This document shows positions 42,739-53,367 of a stretch of 64,000 nucleotides of DNA, in pieces. The notes beneath the pieces were generated by a model. The model had not been told where the DNA came from and did not search any database. It saw only the letters and a list, made by a program, of their open reading frames with translations. Made by a program: the position numbers and the translations under genes. This stretch comes from Spirochaetaceae bacterium (GTDB taxonomy: Bacteria > Spirochaetota > Spirochaetia > DSM-2461). The stretch spans positions 160,001 to 224,000 of the forward strand of contig OZ245056.1 in the NCBI GenBank assembly GCA_965224705.1, given 5' to 3'. The first letter of the stretch is position 1; each line of letters begins with the position of its first letter.

Positions 42739-43391
42739 CTTGTCACCTCGCTAAGAATACTGTCAGCTAAATGCTTAAAATTGGAATAAACAATGACATC
42801 AGACGGGACATGGCGTTTATTGATACCCACAAGGGCACCGCGCATGCCCGAGTTTTCAGCTCCCCGAACATCATACTCAAGTCTATTCCCAACATAGAGA
42901 ATATCTTCAGCATCAACACAAAGCTTTTCAGCCATTATACTGAATGGCTGAGAATCAGGTTTAAGCCGTTTTGACTCCGGGAAACCCAGAGTGACATCAA
43001 AGACACCATCTAATCCAAAGTATTTGAGTTTGTTTCCAACAGGAAAATCCGACAATACGGCCAATTTCAATCCAGCATCTTTGAGACGCAGTAATGCATC
43101 AAGAACTCCCGGATATACTGGAACATTCCGAAAGCATTTCTCCCATTTCCTATAGATTATACTATCACGGATGAATTTAGATGACTCTACATCACAATGA
43201 AGTTTTTGAGCAAATATCTCCACTTCATCCGAGTCTGTGTCTCTATTGGTTTCCCTCATAATACGCCGCGTTTTGACAAATGCACGAACAACTTTCAGGT
43301 TTGAAATCAAAAAGAAAACTGAACGTTCCTTCGCTCGACGTTCCCTGTAAAGAGTTCCATCAATGTCAAAACCAATAGCTTTCAGTGCCAT
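42735..43391 (-). CDS. HAD-family hydrolase
   Basis: FDIDGTLY, VLSD, LKP and YVGNRLEYD motifs. Confidence 0.92.
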   Translation of the reverse strand: MALKAIGFDIDGTLYRERRAKERSVFFLISNLKVVRAFVKTRRIMRETNRDTDSDEVEIFAQKLHCDVESSKFIRDSIIYRKWEKCFRNVPVYPGVLDALLRLKDAGLKLAVLSDFPVGNKLKYFGLDGVFDVTLGFPESKRLKPDSQPFSIMAEKLCVDAEDILYVGNRLEYDVRGAENSGMRGALVGINKRHVPSDVIVYSNFKHLADSILSEVTR

Positions 43392-43846
43392 TTATAACCT
43401 TTATCATCTGAAACCACCCCTTCCAACTTCATCAGGAATCGCAATGATAATCTCACAGGGGATTTGAACCGCCTTCTACAGGGAGCATGGTCATTTCGTG
43501 GCTGCCGATACCGCAGCAATTAACTCCGCTGCTGCTGTAATTGAGAAGTAAATTAATCATCCCCCCTCCCATTAAACAATATTTTAAACCATTTAGATGA
43601 CTGATTCCAGAAGAAATTCTTGAATTGTATATGAAATCTACAGCAATTTGACATGACCGGCCTGATTACTCCGTTCAATATGCGGAAGACTGAGACAATC
43701 ACCCTGTATTGAAAAAGTAACAGATGAAGATGTGTCCCTGCCTGCCAGGGAATCATTGATGGTTCGAGTCACTCTGGAAGACAGGCTCACAGGATTCAGG
43801 GAGGAAATCGGTGACGGGACCACTCAGGGAATTCGATGGAAAAAGT

Positions 43847-45370
43847 TTAGTATGCTTCGGGAAGTGGCAGAGGTTGGAAATCTGGAGGAATTTCTGCTCG
43901 AACCAGGTGGACCATCACTTCAGGAACAACGACATTTCCAGAATCATCCCTGCCCATTTTCCCATGTTGAGCCGCTTTGTCCAGAATAAATTCAAGAAAT
44001 CGGGGCTGAAAATCTGTTCCCGGCTCTCTAATCAAGGTTTCAGCGATATCTCCCGTATCGAGAACGGCAACATGGAAACTTCCTGCCTCCCCTCCCCCAC
44101 GGCCGTCATCAAACCATGGAGCCAACATCATAACATGCCAATACTGATGCAGGGCTATTGGGTCGCCCTCACCGACATCAGGAACAAAACGGGAATTAAT
44201 CGCAGCCAGATAAATAGAACCCGGATGAATGGATGCCAGTTGATACAGAGCCGGTACCAGGTTTCCAAGTTCATAGCCGATGTCCTTCTTATGAGGAATC
44301 CCAAAGAGATTTCCTGTGTTCAGCACATCTTTTTCATCTGAATCAAGATCCCGTCGAATACGTGCGGACTCTATTCGCTGGGCAAGATTTCTATTCCAGT
44401 CCAATCCAAACAGCGGATCTCGAATGAAACTGTTATTCTCTCGAATTTCCTGACCGGCAGCTGACCGGGATTCACTCCAGGAATTCCAATTCCCCGACTG
44501 AGCCGATTTCCGCAGGGGATCGATATCCAGGTATTCCTGACCAGGTTTACCGGCCCAGGCTGAATACATGCCATCAGCAACCCATTTCACAAATCCTGCA
44601 CAATTTAAACCAGTCCTGCCTGATGGAACAGCGTTGACAGGCAGTGCTTCTCCTGTTTCAATCAATACATTTCGTCCGCCTCCATCAATGGCGGCATCAT
44701 CAAATTCAACTATTCTATCAGTGTAAGGCTGTATCTTTTTTACCAGAGTTTCAACTCGACGATAACCATGCCGCCGGGGATCGGGGAAGATTAGATTCCA
44801 ATCGATTAACCGATCAGTACTGGAGATTATCTCAGCAAAGGATGACAGTACCAACTCGTTAAATGAGGAAGGTATGATGACATCATCCCCCAGCTGCTGA
44901 CCGTAAAGATGGACATCAAGACGACTCCGGTTCTCGTCTTTTGGAAATATACGGACGAAGCTTTCCTCATCATCCTGCAGGAATACTTTGGCCTGTATGA
45001 ATTCACCGGTCAGCATACTCTTCTTTATAATCCATGTTCCCCTGCCCCAGAGTGGATATTCTCCATCCATGTCATTTCCCCGCTGATTGCGGAATATGAG
45101 ATACCACTCAAGAATCATCTCCCTCAATTCAAACTGAACTATCCGCCCATCTGAACGCTGCCTGAGGACGCGAAATGAGGTTTCATCTGATGGATAGGAA
45201 GGAGACATGACAAGGTGCTGCAAAAAACGCCGACTCTCCCCGTTTTCTGGAAAATTTGACCGGGCAAGCATCTGGCGAAACAGTGCCAGATTGGTTTCAT
45301 CAGCTCGAATTCCAATTATTGCCACTGCGGCTGTCAAAGAAATAAAGAGAAATACTCGTTTTTTGTTCAT
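43847..45370 (-). CDS. Hypothetical exported protein
   Basis: 507 aa, signal peptide, GLNCAGFVKWVADG (possible Cys-protease-like motif) and QYWHV; overlaps the der stop. Confidence 0.75.
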   Translation of the reverse strand: MNKKRVFLFISLTAAVAIIGIRADETNLALFRQMLARSNFPENGESRRFLQHLVMSPSYPSDETSFRVLRQRSDGRIVQFELREMILEWYLIFRNQRGNDMDGEYPLWGRGTWIIKKSMLTGEFIQAKVFLQDDEESFVRIFPKDENRSRLDVHLYGQQLGDDVIIPSSFNELVLSSFAEIISSTDRLIDWNLIFPDPRRHGYRRVETLVKKIQPYTDRIVEFDDAAIDGGGRNVLIETGEALPVNAVPSGRTGLNCAGFVKWVADGMYSAWAGKPGQEYLDIDPLRKSAQSGNWNSWSESRSAAGQEIRENNSFIRDPLFGLDWNRNLAQRIESARIRRDLDSDEKDVLNTGNLFGIPHKKDIGYELGNLVPALYQLASIHPGSIYLAAINSRFVPDVGEGDPIALHQYWHVMMLAPWFDDGRGGGEAGSFHVAVLDTGDIAETLIREPGTDFQPRFLEFILDKAAQHGKMGRDDSGNVVVPEVMVHLVRAEIPPDFQPLPLPEAY

Positions 45371-46707
45371 TTTTTTCCCTCCCTGAGTTCCAGTATGACC
45401 GGAACCAGATTGAAACTGAAATCACGGCGGATCTGATTGACAAGGAAGCGGCGGTAGGAATCAGGGAAACCAGTTTTTCTGTTGACAAATGCTACAAATC
45501 GTATTGGTCTGGTAGAAACCTGGGTAATATACTTAATTCTGAACGATCGTCCATTCCGTGATGGCGGTGGAGTCAAATCGACCCACTCAGCCTTGGCCCG
45601 ATTTAATTCTGCCGTATCCACTCGCCTGCTCTGCTGCTGATCAGCTTCGATAACAAGATCCAGCAATTTTGATATATTGTATCCGTAGATGGCTGAAACA
45701 GGCATGATGGGAGCCCACTCCAGAACAGGAAACTGAAAATGAATTCGATCAACCATCGTCTCCAGTCTTTTGGGATCAGGGTTTTCTTCATCCCATTTGT
45801 TGATAACGATAACTATGGATTTACCCTTTTTGAGGGCCAGAGCGGCGATTTTCTTATCCTGATCAGTAAGCCCCGCATCAACATCAATCAGGAGGATGGT
45901 AACGTCAGCCTCGGACATGGACCTTACAGCCCGGTTAACCGAGTAATATTCAACATTCCCGGCCACTTTTGTTCGACGGCGCATACCGGCTGTATCGATG
46001 ATCCTTACTGACCGATCCCTGTATTGAGTCTCTCCAATTACAACATCCCGTGTTGTACCGGCAATTTCCGACACCAGAGAACTATCTTTGCCGATCATCT
46101 GATTGAGAAGTGTCGACTTGCCGGCATTGGGCCTGCCGACAATGGTAAGCACCAGCGATCCATCATCTCCTGTTTCACTGCTGTTTCCTGCATCGTTTCC
46201 CCATACCTTCTTCAGCTGTTTTCTCATGGCTTCCTTGAGTAAGTCCATGTTTCTCCCATGAACAGCCGAAATGGAGATGGGGTTTCCCATACCAAGTGCT
46301 TCAAACTCCCATGCCATGCAGTCTTTCTCAATGCTGTCAGCTTTGTTGACAGCCAGTATAACTTTGCTTGAGAATACACGAAGTTCATCGGTGATAAACT
46401 GATCCTCTGCTGTTTTTATTCCCAGTTCCAGTACAAAGAGAATAACATCTGCATTCTTCATCTCCAGACGTGCCCGGTCTGCAACCAGACTGTCAAAGTC
46501 ACCATCAGGATCGGCTTTAATTCCCCCTGTATCAATAAGAGATATCAGGATTCCCCCTAAAGAACAGTCTTCCTCAATAACATCACGGGTAACACCGGGT
46601 AGAGGAGCGGTAATGGCACGGTGTCGACCCAGAAGTCGATTGAACAGTGTCGATTTACCAACATTGGGACGTCCCACAATGACTACTCTTGGTTTTCTAT
46701 CAGTCAA
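45367..46707 (-). CDS. der: Ribosome biogenesis GTPase Der (EngA)
   Basis: Tandem GTPase domains GRPNVGKS / GRPNAGKS, DTGG / DTAG, NKAD / NKWD, KH-like C-terminus. Confidence 0.98.
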   Translation of the reverse strand: MTDRKPRVVIVGRPNVGKSTLFNRLLGRHRAITAPLPGVTRDVIEEDCSLGGILISLIDTGGIKADPDGDFDSLVADRARLEMKNADVILFVLELGIKTAEDQFITDELRVFSSKVILAVNKADSIEKDCMAWEFEALGMGNPISISAVHGRNMDLLKEAMRKQLKKVWGNDAGNSSETGDDGSLVLTIVGRPNAGKSTLLNQMIGKDSSLVSEIAGTTRDVVIGETQYRDRSVRIIDTAGMRRRTKVAGNVEYYSVNRAVRSMSEADVTILLIDVDAGLTDQDKKIAALALKKGKSIVIVINKWDEENPDPKRLETMVDRIHFQFPVLEWAPIMPVSAIYGYNISKLLDLVIEADQQQSRRVDTAELNRAKAEWVDLTPPPSRNGRSFRIKYITQVSTRPIRFVAFVNRKTGFPDSYRRFLVNQIRRDFSFNLVPVILELREGKK

Positions 46708-46916
46708 ATAGATATCCTGTATCTTTCATAAGTAAGGCAGTATCCACCGCATAAGCCAGTACACTGCTTTCTGAAACATATATCGACCAGATGACGTGTT
46801 TTTCTTCGGGAATACGTGAAGAACCGGCAGAGATTTATCTCCCCTGAGGATGAAATCTGCTGTAATATCTCATTCATCTCCAGAAAAACATGGAACTTGA
46901 GCTGCATGGAACACAT
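46704..46916 (-). CDS. Small hypothetical protein
   Basis: 70 aa ORF whose stop overlaps the der start; no recognisable motif. Confidence 0.35.
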   Translation of the reverse strand: MCSMQLKFHVFLEMNEILQQISSSGEINLCRFFTYSRRKTRHLVDICFRKQCTGLCGGYCLTYERYRISI

Positions 46917-46956
46917 ACAGGTCTTCTAATTCCATGAAATGCTTCTATAATATAGT

Positions 46957-47712
46957 ATGAAATCTTCAAGAACGAAAAACTACCATTCTGTTTCTCCAGG
47001 GACGACCCAGAAACAGACAAATCAAACCCACCGCATTGATTTCGTTACAATAATCCTTGTTTCAATCACTATAATACTTCTTATCCTTGTATTGATTTTC
47101 CTGATAATCAGTCAGATTTCAAGAAAAAACGGAGTCGAATACAGCCAGAATCCCGTTATTGAACGTGTCAAAGATCCTGTCATACAGGCCGATCCTGTCG
47201 AACCCATTCTGGAACTTGGAACACCAGAACTCAAGGCGGAAAACATGCCCGATGTAAAGGCTCCATCAGTCGATACAGAAATAACAGGACAGGATAAAGC
47301 CCGTCTGTTTTTTATCAAGTTCATTGATGAACAGAAGATTGTTACAAAAAGTGTATTGCGGGATGTCTCTTCCTCCAAAACCCCGTTAACCATGGCCATC
47401 CAATCCCTCCTGGATGGTCCCCGGGCTGGTGAATTGAGTAATGACATGTTTACTCTGATACCCAAGGATTCCAGGCTTCTTGGAGCTCGTGTCGATAATT
47501 CTGTGGCTTATCTTGATTTTAACGAGGACTTTCGTTTCAACACACTGGGAATTGATGGCTACAGGGCCCAGGTTGAGCAAATTGTTTACACGGCGACTGA
47601 ATTACCCACTGTTGACAAGGTTCAAATCCTGATAGACGGTCAGAGGGTGGATTATCTTGGCGGGGAAGGATTCTGGGTTGGGAGTCCATTGGGACGGGAA
47701 GATTTTAAGTAA
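46957..47712 (+). CDS. GerMN-domain membrane protein
   Basis: Single TM, LLDGP, LIPKDSRLL, AYLDFNEDF and QIVYTATELPTVDKVQILIDG motifs. Confidence 0.92.
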   Translation: MKSSRTKNYHSVSPGTTQKQTNQTHRIDFVTIILVSITIILLILVLIFLIISQISRKNGVEYSQNPVIERVKDPVIQADPVEPILELGTPELKAENMPDVKAPSVDTEITGQDKARLFFIKFIDEQKIVTKSVLRDVSSSKTPLTMAIQSLLDGPRAGELSNDMFTLIPKDSRLLGARVDNSVAYLDFNEDFRFNTLGIDGYRAQVEQIVYTATELPTVDKVQILIDGQRVDYLGGEGFWVGSPLGREDFK

Positions 47713-47721
47713 GGACATTTC

Positions 47722-48528
47722 TCAAGGGTTTTTCGCCATCCCTGTTTCAAGTGCCCTGTCTATCTTTTGATTGATATCAACTTCATCCGAACATCGAACA
47801 GCAGAGAGAAGGAAGAAGACTTCTACATTGCCGCGGCGGCCGGTTAAGGGTGAAACAACCGCGTCGTGGATAAACACCTGATCCCTCTCTAAATCCTCTT
47901 TGAGCCTGAAAAGAACCTCCCGGCGAGCTTCCATGGTTTTCACCACACCATTGAAATTCCTCTCCCGGGGATTTTCAAACTGCGGCTTTATCAGGGCCAG
48001 CAGATATCCCCCTCTGATAAGCTTAAGGATATGGGCGGCTGCTCCCCGAATTGAACGGAAGGCAAGATCGGCCACGGCAAGCTGTGCCGGCGGTTTCAGA
48101 TGACCGGGATTCAAACTCATGATATTGGTTCTCTCATAGATTGTGACTTCAGGATGAGTTCTCAGCTTCCACGCAAGCTGATTATATCCCACATCTATGG
48201 CATGGATGTGTCTGGCTCCCCGCTGCAGCAGACAATCTGTAAAACCGCCTGTCGATGCCCCCGCATCTATACAAACCCTACCCTCCGGATGGAAGTCCAG
48301 GCTATCCAGCACGCAATCGAGTTTTACCCCTCCCCGGCTGACAAATTGTTTTGTCTCATGGAAGAAATCAGAGTCAGGGGATACCAATGCTCCGGGATCT
48401 CTCACGAGTTCACCATCAACATATATCTCACCACACAAAATGGCGGCGTATATATCCTGCCTGGACATATCAGACCAGATCGCATCAAGTTGAAGCAGCA
48501 GGGGCTTTCGAGTTGGCTTCGGAGGCAT
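47722..48528 (-). CDS. tlyA: TlyA family rRNA methyltransferase/hemolysin
   Basis: S4-like N-terminus, FVSRGGVKL, DAGASTGGFTDCLLQRGA, LIKPQFE and GNVE motifs. Confidence 0.96.
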   Translation of the reverse strand: MPPKPTRKPLLLQLDAIWSDMSRQDIYAAILCGEIYVDGELVRDPGALVSPDSDFFHETKQFVSRGGVKLDCVLDSLDFHPEGRVCIDAGASTGGFTDCLLQRGARHIHAIDVGYNQLAWKLRTHPEVTIYERTNIMSLNPGHLKPPAQLAVADLAFRSIRGAAAHILKLIRGGYLLALIKPQFENPRERNFNGVVKTMEARREVLFRLKEDLERDQVFIHDAVVSPLTGRRGNVEVFFLLSAVRCSDEVDINQKIDRALETGMAKNP

Positions 48529-48593
48529 TCAACTTCCTTTGAGCGGAGATAGAATCCCTGCGGTTTGAGCACTTCTTCTCCCGGCAGGCAGGA

Positions 48594-50123
48594 TTATCGG
48601 GCGTATTCGACAACCCGGGTTTCACGGATAATGGTTACCCGTATACGGCCGGGATACTTGAGTCGGCTTTCAACTTCCCTGGCAATGTCTTTTGCCAGTG
48701 TCCGGGCCCGCTGGTCATTCACCTGGGCATGGTTGACCATGATTCTCAGTTCACGGCCAGCCTGAATCGCAAAGACTTTCTCAACTCCATCAAATGACAG
48801 TGCAATCTTCTCCAGATTCTCCAGGCGCTTGATGTAGTGATCCAGAGATTCTCGTCTCGCACCAGGCCGGGCAGCCGAAATGGCATCAGCCAGTTGAACG
48901 ATGACACCTTCCAGTGAAGAAATCTCTTCATCGTTGTGATGGGCTGCTATGGCATTAATCACCCTGGGATCTTCACCCAGATGCCGGGCTAATTCTCCAC
49001 CAATCTCCGCATGTCCGCCTTCACGGTCAGTTTCCTGACCTTTTCCAATATCATGGAGTAAGGCACCACGTTTTGCAATCATAACATCGGCACCCACTTC
49101 ACTGGCAATCATTCCGGCAATAATGGCCACTTCCTTTGAGTGAGAGAGAACATTCTGACCGCTGCTTGTTCGAAAATGAAGTCGCCCCAGGGCCTTGATG
49201 CCCTCAGGCCGCATACCATGGATGCCAAGTTCGAATAAAACCCGTTCTCCCTCCTCGAAGATAACCTGCTCAATTTCCTTTGCCACCTTGTGCACTATTT
49301 CTTCTATCCTGGCAGGATGAATACGGCCATCTTCAATAAGCCGTTCAAGAGCGGTTTTCGCAATACTCTTGCGAATCGGATCAAAACAGGATATGACGAC
49401 AGCTTCAGGGGTATCATCAATTATAATATCCACACCGGTAAGAGTTTCCAATGTCCGAATATTGCGCCCCTCCCGGCCGATTATCTTCCCTTTCATATCA
49501 TCATTAGGCAGGGTAACCGAAGTGACTGATACTTCTGTTGTAACCTCAGTAGCAAGCCGTTGAATAGTTGAAACAAGAATACTCCGTGACTTCCTCTCCG
49601 CTATGTTTTGAGTTTCCTGTTCAATTTTATTGAGAATAACCTGGGCATCGTGCCTGGCCTCATTCTCAATCGTCTGCATTATTATTTTCTTAGCTTCCTC
49701 GGCTGATAGACTGGCAATCCTCTCTAATTCGGTCAGCCAGCGTTTCTCCTCTTCGGCCAGTCTGTTTTCCCTGGAACTGCAATTCTTCTCTCTCTTACTG
49801 AACAATGATTGACGTTTTTCGAAATCAGCAATTTTTCTCTCAAGGTTATCTTCTTTCTGCTGAATACGCATCTCATATTGCTGGATCTGGGAACGCTGTT
49901 CTCTACCTTCCTTTTCAAGGAGTCTTCTTTCTTCCAATATTTCATCCTGAGCTTCCAGAAGCATTTTTTTCTTTGCGTTCTCAATATCATGAAGCCAGTC
50001 TTTTTCTTTTCTGCGGGCTTCATTTTCTGATGAAGAGTGTCTTATCTTTGTGTAAATCCATCGAACAGACCATCCAATGACTAAACTACCGAGGGCAATT
50101 ATTATCAACTGTACGATGTTCAC
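48594..50123 (-). CDS. rny: Ribonuclease Y
   Basis: N-terminal TM, coiled coil, KH (GKIIGREGRNIR), HD (LLHDIGK), AIQAGRE. Likely GTG start at 50123 after the AGGGAG RBS. Confidence 0.97.
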   Translation of the reverse strand: MNIVQLIIIALGSLVIGWSVRWIYTKIRHSSSENEARRKEKDWLHDIENAKKKMLLEAQDEILEERRLLEKEGREQRSQIQQYEMRIQQKEDNLERKIADFEKRQSLFSKREKNCSSRENRLAEEEKRWLTELERIASLSAEEAKKIIMQTIENEARHDAQVILNKIEQETQNIAERKSRSILVSTIQRLATEVTTEVSVTSVTLPNDDMKGKIIGREGRNIRTLETLTGVDIIIDDTPEAVVISCFDPIRKSIAKTALERLIEDGRIHPARIEEIVHKVAKEIEQVIFEEGERVLFELGIHGMRPEGIKALGRLHFRTSSGQNVLSHSKEVAIIAGMIASEVGADVMIAKRGALLHDIGKGQETDREGGHAEIGGELARHLGEDPRVINAIAAHHNDEEISSLEGVIVQLADAISAARPGARRESLDHYIKRLENLEKIALSFDGVEKVFAIQAGRELRIMVNHAQVNDQRARTLAKDIAREVESRLKYPGRIRVTIIRETRVVEYAR

Positions 50124-50170
50124 ATAATTCTCCCTTAGTAAGTATTCCCTTAATAAATATATAATTAACA

Positions 50171-50198
50171 ATTATACATTCAGAGAGACTAAGGTCAA
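50171..50198 (-). promoter_or_regulatory. Putative sigma70 promoter of rny (TTGACC-N16-TATAAT)
   Basis: Minus strand reads TTGACCttagtctctctgaatgTATAAT, about 50 nt upstream of the rny start. Confidence 0.6.
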
Positions 50199-50271
50199 GC
50201 AAAATTTCCAAAGACAATCGACTTTGAATAAACCAGTTGGAAAAGAGTGGTACTGAAACCTGGAAAAGTTC

Positions 50272-50298
50272 CTCCGGACCGATTCAAACAGTCCGGAG
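50272..50298 (-). terminator. Possible intrinsic terminator after the Gld-like operon
   Basis: CTCCGGAC / GTCCGGAG stem just past the DUF4340 stop, with a weak U-tract on the minus strand. Confidence 0.35.
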
Positions 50299-50305
50299 AA
50301 GACCT

Positions 50306-51220
50306 TTACTCTTCGGAACTCTCCGATGAGAATCCTTCCAGAATACTGTCGCCAACATAGGAAGAGATTATCACGGGGAATGGATAACTCGATGCAATAA
50401 CCGGATACCCTCTGTCATCCTGGTTGAAAAACCTGATTGTAACGGCTGTTTCTCCAGTCAGAGTCAGAACAGCGGCGGCATTTTTCTCATCGGGAGGATT
50501 CTCAGGAAAATCCGTTGCTCTCAAAGAAGTAAATCTTCCGAGTATTTCATTCACCTTTTCGGTAGCCCAGACAACTTCATTCGAATCAGTCCAGGTTTCT
50601 TCTTCATTTTTTGTGAGCACAATGTCAGCCTGGTCATCGGCGGTGTATTTTATAGAAGTGACGGTACTGCGGTTTAACTCAAGAACCAGCTTGTCACGGA
50701 ATGATTCAGGATCCCTTGAAAGAGTTTCAACCATTGTTCCCCGAACTGTATAAACACTCCTGTACCCTGGAAAAAGAACATAATTGTATTTGTTGGATGA
50801 TGAAGTTTTCCCAAAAAATACTTCCCTCAGCAAGTCTTCCTTACTGTATCCTCTCAGGGTATAGCGGCCCTCCTCATCCAACTCATATCGTCCATATTTC
50901 CCCGATTCGGAGACCAGATCGATGGGAGTGGGTTTTTCAAGGAAATCCAGCATGCGATTGACCACAGTTGGGTCTGCAGGATAGTTGTCTGAAATAGTCC
51001 ACTGCCCTCCATTTTTTTCCATACTCAACGGATTTCCATCGGGTGGAAGGATCTCCAGTCTTGAAAACTCATCTGTACTGAGTTCCGGAAATGATGGAAG
51101 GGTGTAATTTATGTCGTTCCTTTCCCTGAAGCTGATGTAGATTATGCATATCAGAGCAATAACCCCAAGTATTACAAAACTTCTGACATCTTTCTCTGTC
51201 AGATTAAGTTTCATCTTCAT
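50306..51220 (-). CDS. DUF4340 domain protein
   Basis: N-terminal TM, W...YPADPTVVNRML, FRDK...SIK repeat pattern; typical fourth gene of GldAFG-like operons. Confidence 0.85.
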   Translation of the reverse strand: MKMKLNLTEKDVRSFVILGVIALICIIYISFRERNDINYTLPSFPELSTDEFSRLEILPPDGNPLSMEKNGGQWTISDNYPADPTVVNRMLDFLEKPTPIDLVSESGKYGRYELDEEGRYTLRGYSKEDLLREVFFGKTSSSNKYNYVLFPGYRSVYTVRGTMVETLSRDPESFRDKLVLELNRSTVTSIKYTADDQADIVLTKNEEETWTDSNEVVWATEKVNEILGRFTSLRATDFPENPPDEKNAAAVLTLTGETAVTIRFFNQDDRGYPVIASSYPFPVIISSYVGDSILEGFSSESSEE

Positions 51221-53361
51221 TACTCAACCTCCCTGCTGAAGAGAAGTTCTATCCGTTTCTTTCTTGATATACTCCGCAGCAGCACGACTATCCCGACAAA
51301 GATCACAATGACTGGCAATCCCACAATGTTGAATCCCTTAACCAGACGCCTGAATGCTACAGAGGTTTCACTCAGGGGACTGTAGGTTTGCCCCTTACTC
51401 CGCATCCTTGCATAATCTTCCCTGTTACTCAGGGTATCGACAAGGTTAAGAAGAAATGCGGCATTGGCACTCCTGCCCTCTGCATCCAGAATATTGTCCA
51501 TGAGCAATGTGCTGCTCCCAATAACAAAAATCTTTCCATCACCGGAATCTATCTGTACCATATCGGCAGCAGCTTGATCAGACGAAAAAACGGCCAGTGC
51601 ATCATCATTGTCCGCATCGTCTGTATCTTCCTCCTCAACAGGAGGGTCCGGGATGGACTTTCCTTTGAAGTAACTTGACTTTGTGCCATCGATAAAAACA
51701 GCCGCATTCATTGTAAGCCGCTGATCATCCGAGGGAGGATAGATGGTGGTGGGATTGTAGAGATTGATCTGCTCCCGCATCTCCCAGGATTTTGCCGAAG
51801 ATCGAAACAGTACCCGGGGTTCTACCCCCGAAGCAGCATCAGTACTCACTGTCAGCGGTGAATTGCTCAGAAGCAGGATTCGTTTTATGCTGCCCATCAC
51901 AACGGATTCGGATTCGATAGTCTCCCTTTCAATGTATGGAGCGAAGTAGTACTTGATTTCCCGTAAACCACCTGTCTGATCCCGTTGAGTTTGAACGTAG
52001 CTGTTTTCATCCAGAATGTAACTGTTCTCAACCGTTATGCCATAATGGGCTAACAGAGGTTCCAAACCTGTGTTTCGAGGCAGGTATGCCGGAGGCTGTG
52101 CATTGTAGGGATTTCCTCCAGAAGTATCAATTGCTGTCATGGAGTCAATGAAAAACCCTATGGAATTGCCCTTCATAATATACTGATCCAGTTGAAAGAG
52201 TTCCCACTCAGAAAAACCTTCTCGGGGACTGACGATGAGGAGCGTACTCACATCGGAAGGGATTCCATCAGCCAGAGAAACATCGACCAGATCATAGTTT
52301 TTCCCCAACAGATTCTGGAGATTATTCATCCCGGGTTCATTCTGCCCCTGTGGAGCACCGTATATACTCCGGGAATTATGATCGGAAAGAAATCCTACTC
52401 TGGGATCAATTCCAACGAAAGTATCCACGATACCAGGAAGAACACCAATCAGTGCCGCTGTATCTTCAATACTGTAGTTGCCAAATATACTCCGCTTAAA
52501 GAGATTGACTGCCCGTGCTGTAACACCGTTGTCTATTACCAGACTGGCATAAACCGTCTTATTAACAGGATTATTCGGCGGACCAAGCGGAATGGTAAGG
52601 GACGAAAGATTGTACTCCTGTGGAGACTTCTCACCGGCTGCAAGATTCTCAGGATCAATTCGTTTGAAATCCAGCCGTCCATAATACTGCCGGTTCAATT
52701 CTTCCACTTTGTCGGCAAAATCACCCGGGTATGCCGCCAGGGATGCAACGTTCTTCTCCAGGGAAGATGACAGGTAGAGCTTCAGTTGAATATTCTTATC
52801 CAGCGCCAGCAGTGTTCCTGTTTTATCACTCATTTTCTTCATTGTAGAAGTAATCATGAGCTCCCTGTTTTCTCCCACATCCAGAACGGGAATGGTCTCA
52901 ATAAGATCCCCCTGAATGAATACAATCCCCATGAAGGCACTCACCAGAGTGACCTCATCAGCTTCAACCTTTTGAATCTGTATTGGATTGATGCCATAGC
53001 TCCGTGCATCGGCACGGTTGGCCAGGGAGTCTTCACTTTCACCTGTGCTTTCAGAACCAATTGAATGGATTGAGTAATTGAAAAACTTATTGCCCCTGAG
53101 ACTGTATGCTTCCATGAGATCAGAGATCTCCTGCTCCAGATTATTATACGGCGGGGGAAGATTTTCTGAAAAATAGGCCTTGACAGTAAGGGGTTCCTCA
53201 AAGTTGGCCACCACATCTTTACTCGCCTGAGACAGGGAGTGAATTCTGTTTCTTGTTAGATCAATTCGAAAAAACAGTGTGCTGGCCGCACTGTTGATCA
53301 AAAGAATGACTACGACAAATGCTGTCCATTTTATCCATTGCCAGTTAAATTTCATCATCAA
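51220..53361 (-). CDS. GldG-like ABC transporter auxiliary component
   Basis: RIDLTRNRIHSLS, LDQYIMKG, N...FLLNLVD and C-terminal TM motifs. Confidence 0.9.
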   Translation of the reverse strand: MMMKFNWQWIKWTAFVVVILLINSAASTLFFRIDLTRNRIHSLSQASKDVVANFEEPLTVKAYFSENLPPPYNNLEQEISDLMEAYSLRGNKFFNYSIHSIGSESTGESEDSLANRADARSYGINPIQIQKVEADEVTLVSAFMGIVFIQGDLIETIPVLDVGENRELMITSTMKKMSDKTGTLLALDKNIQLKLYLSSSLEKNVASLAAYPGDFADKVEELNRQYYGRLDFKRIDPENLAAGEKSPQEYNLSSLTIPLGPPNNPVNKTVYASLVIDNGVTARAVNLFKRSIFGNYSIEDTAALIGVLPGIVDTFVGIDPRVGFLSDHNSRSIYGAPQGQNEPGMNNLQNLLGKNYDLVDVSLADGIPSDVSTLLIVSPREGFSEWELFQLDQYIMKGNSIGFFIDSMTAIDTSGGNPYNAQPPAYLPRNTGLEPLLAHYGITVENSYILDENSYVQTQRDQTGGLREIKYYFAPYIERETIESESVVMGSIKRILLLSNSPLTVSTDAASGVEPRVLFRSSAKSWEMREQINLYNPTTIYPPSDDQRLTMNAAVFIDGTKSSYFKGKSIPDPPVEEEDTDDADNDDALAVFSSDQAAADMVQIDSGDGKIFVIGSSTLLMDNILDAEGRSANAAFLLNLVDTLSNREDYARMRSKGQTYSPLSETSVAFRRLVKGFNIVGLPVIVIFVGIVVLLRSISRKKRIELLFSREVE

Positions 53362-53367
53362 TCCTCC

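Noticed and set aside
48529..48593. Possible tRNA between rny and tlyA
   Set aside because: The gap is only 65 nt, with no cloverleaf or TTC-loop consensus.
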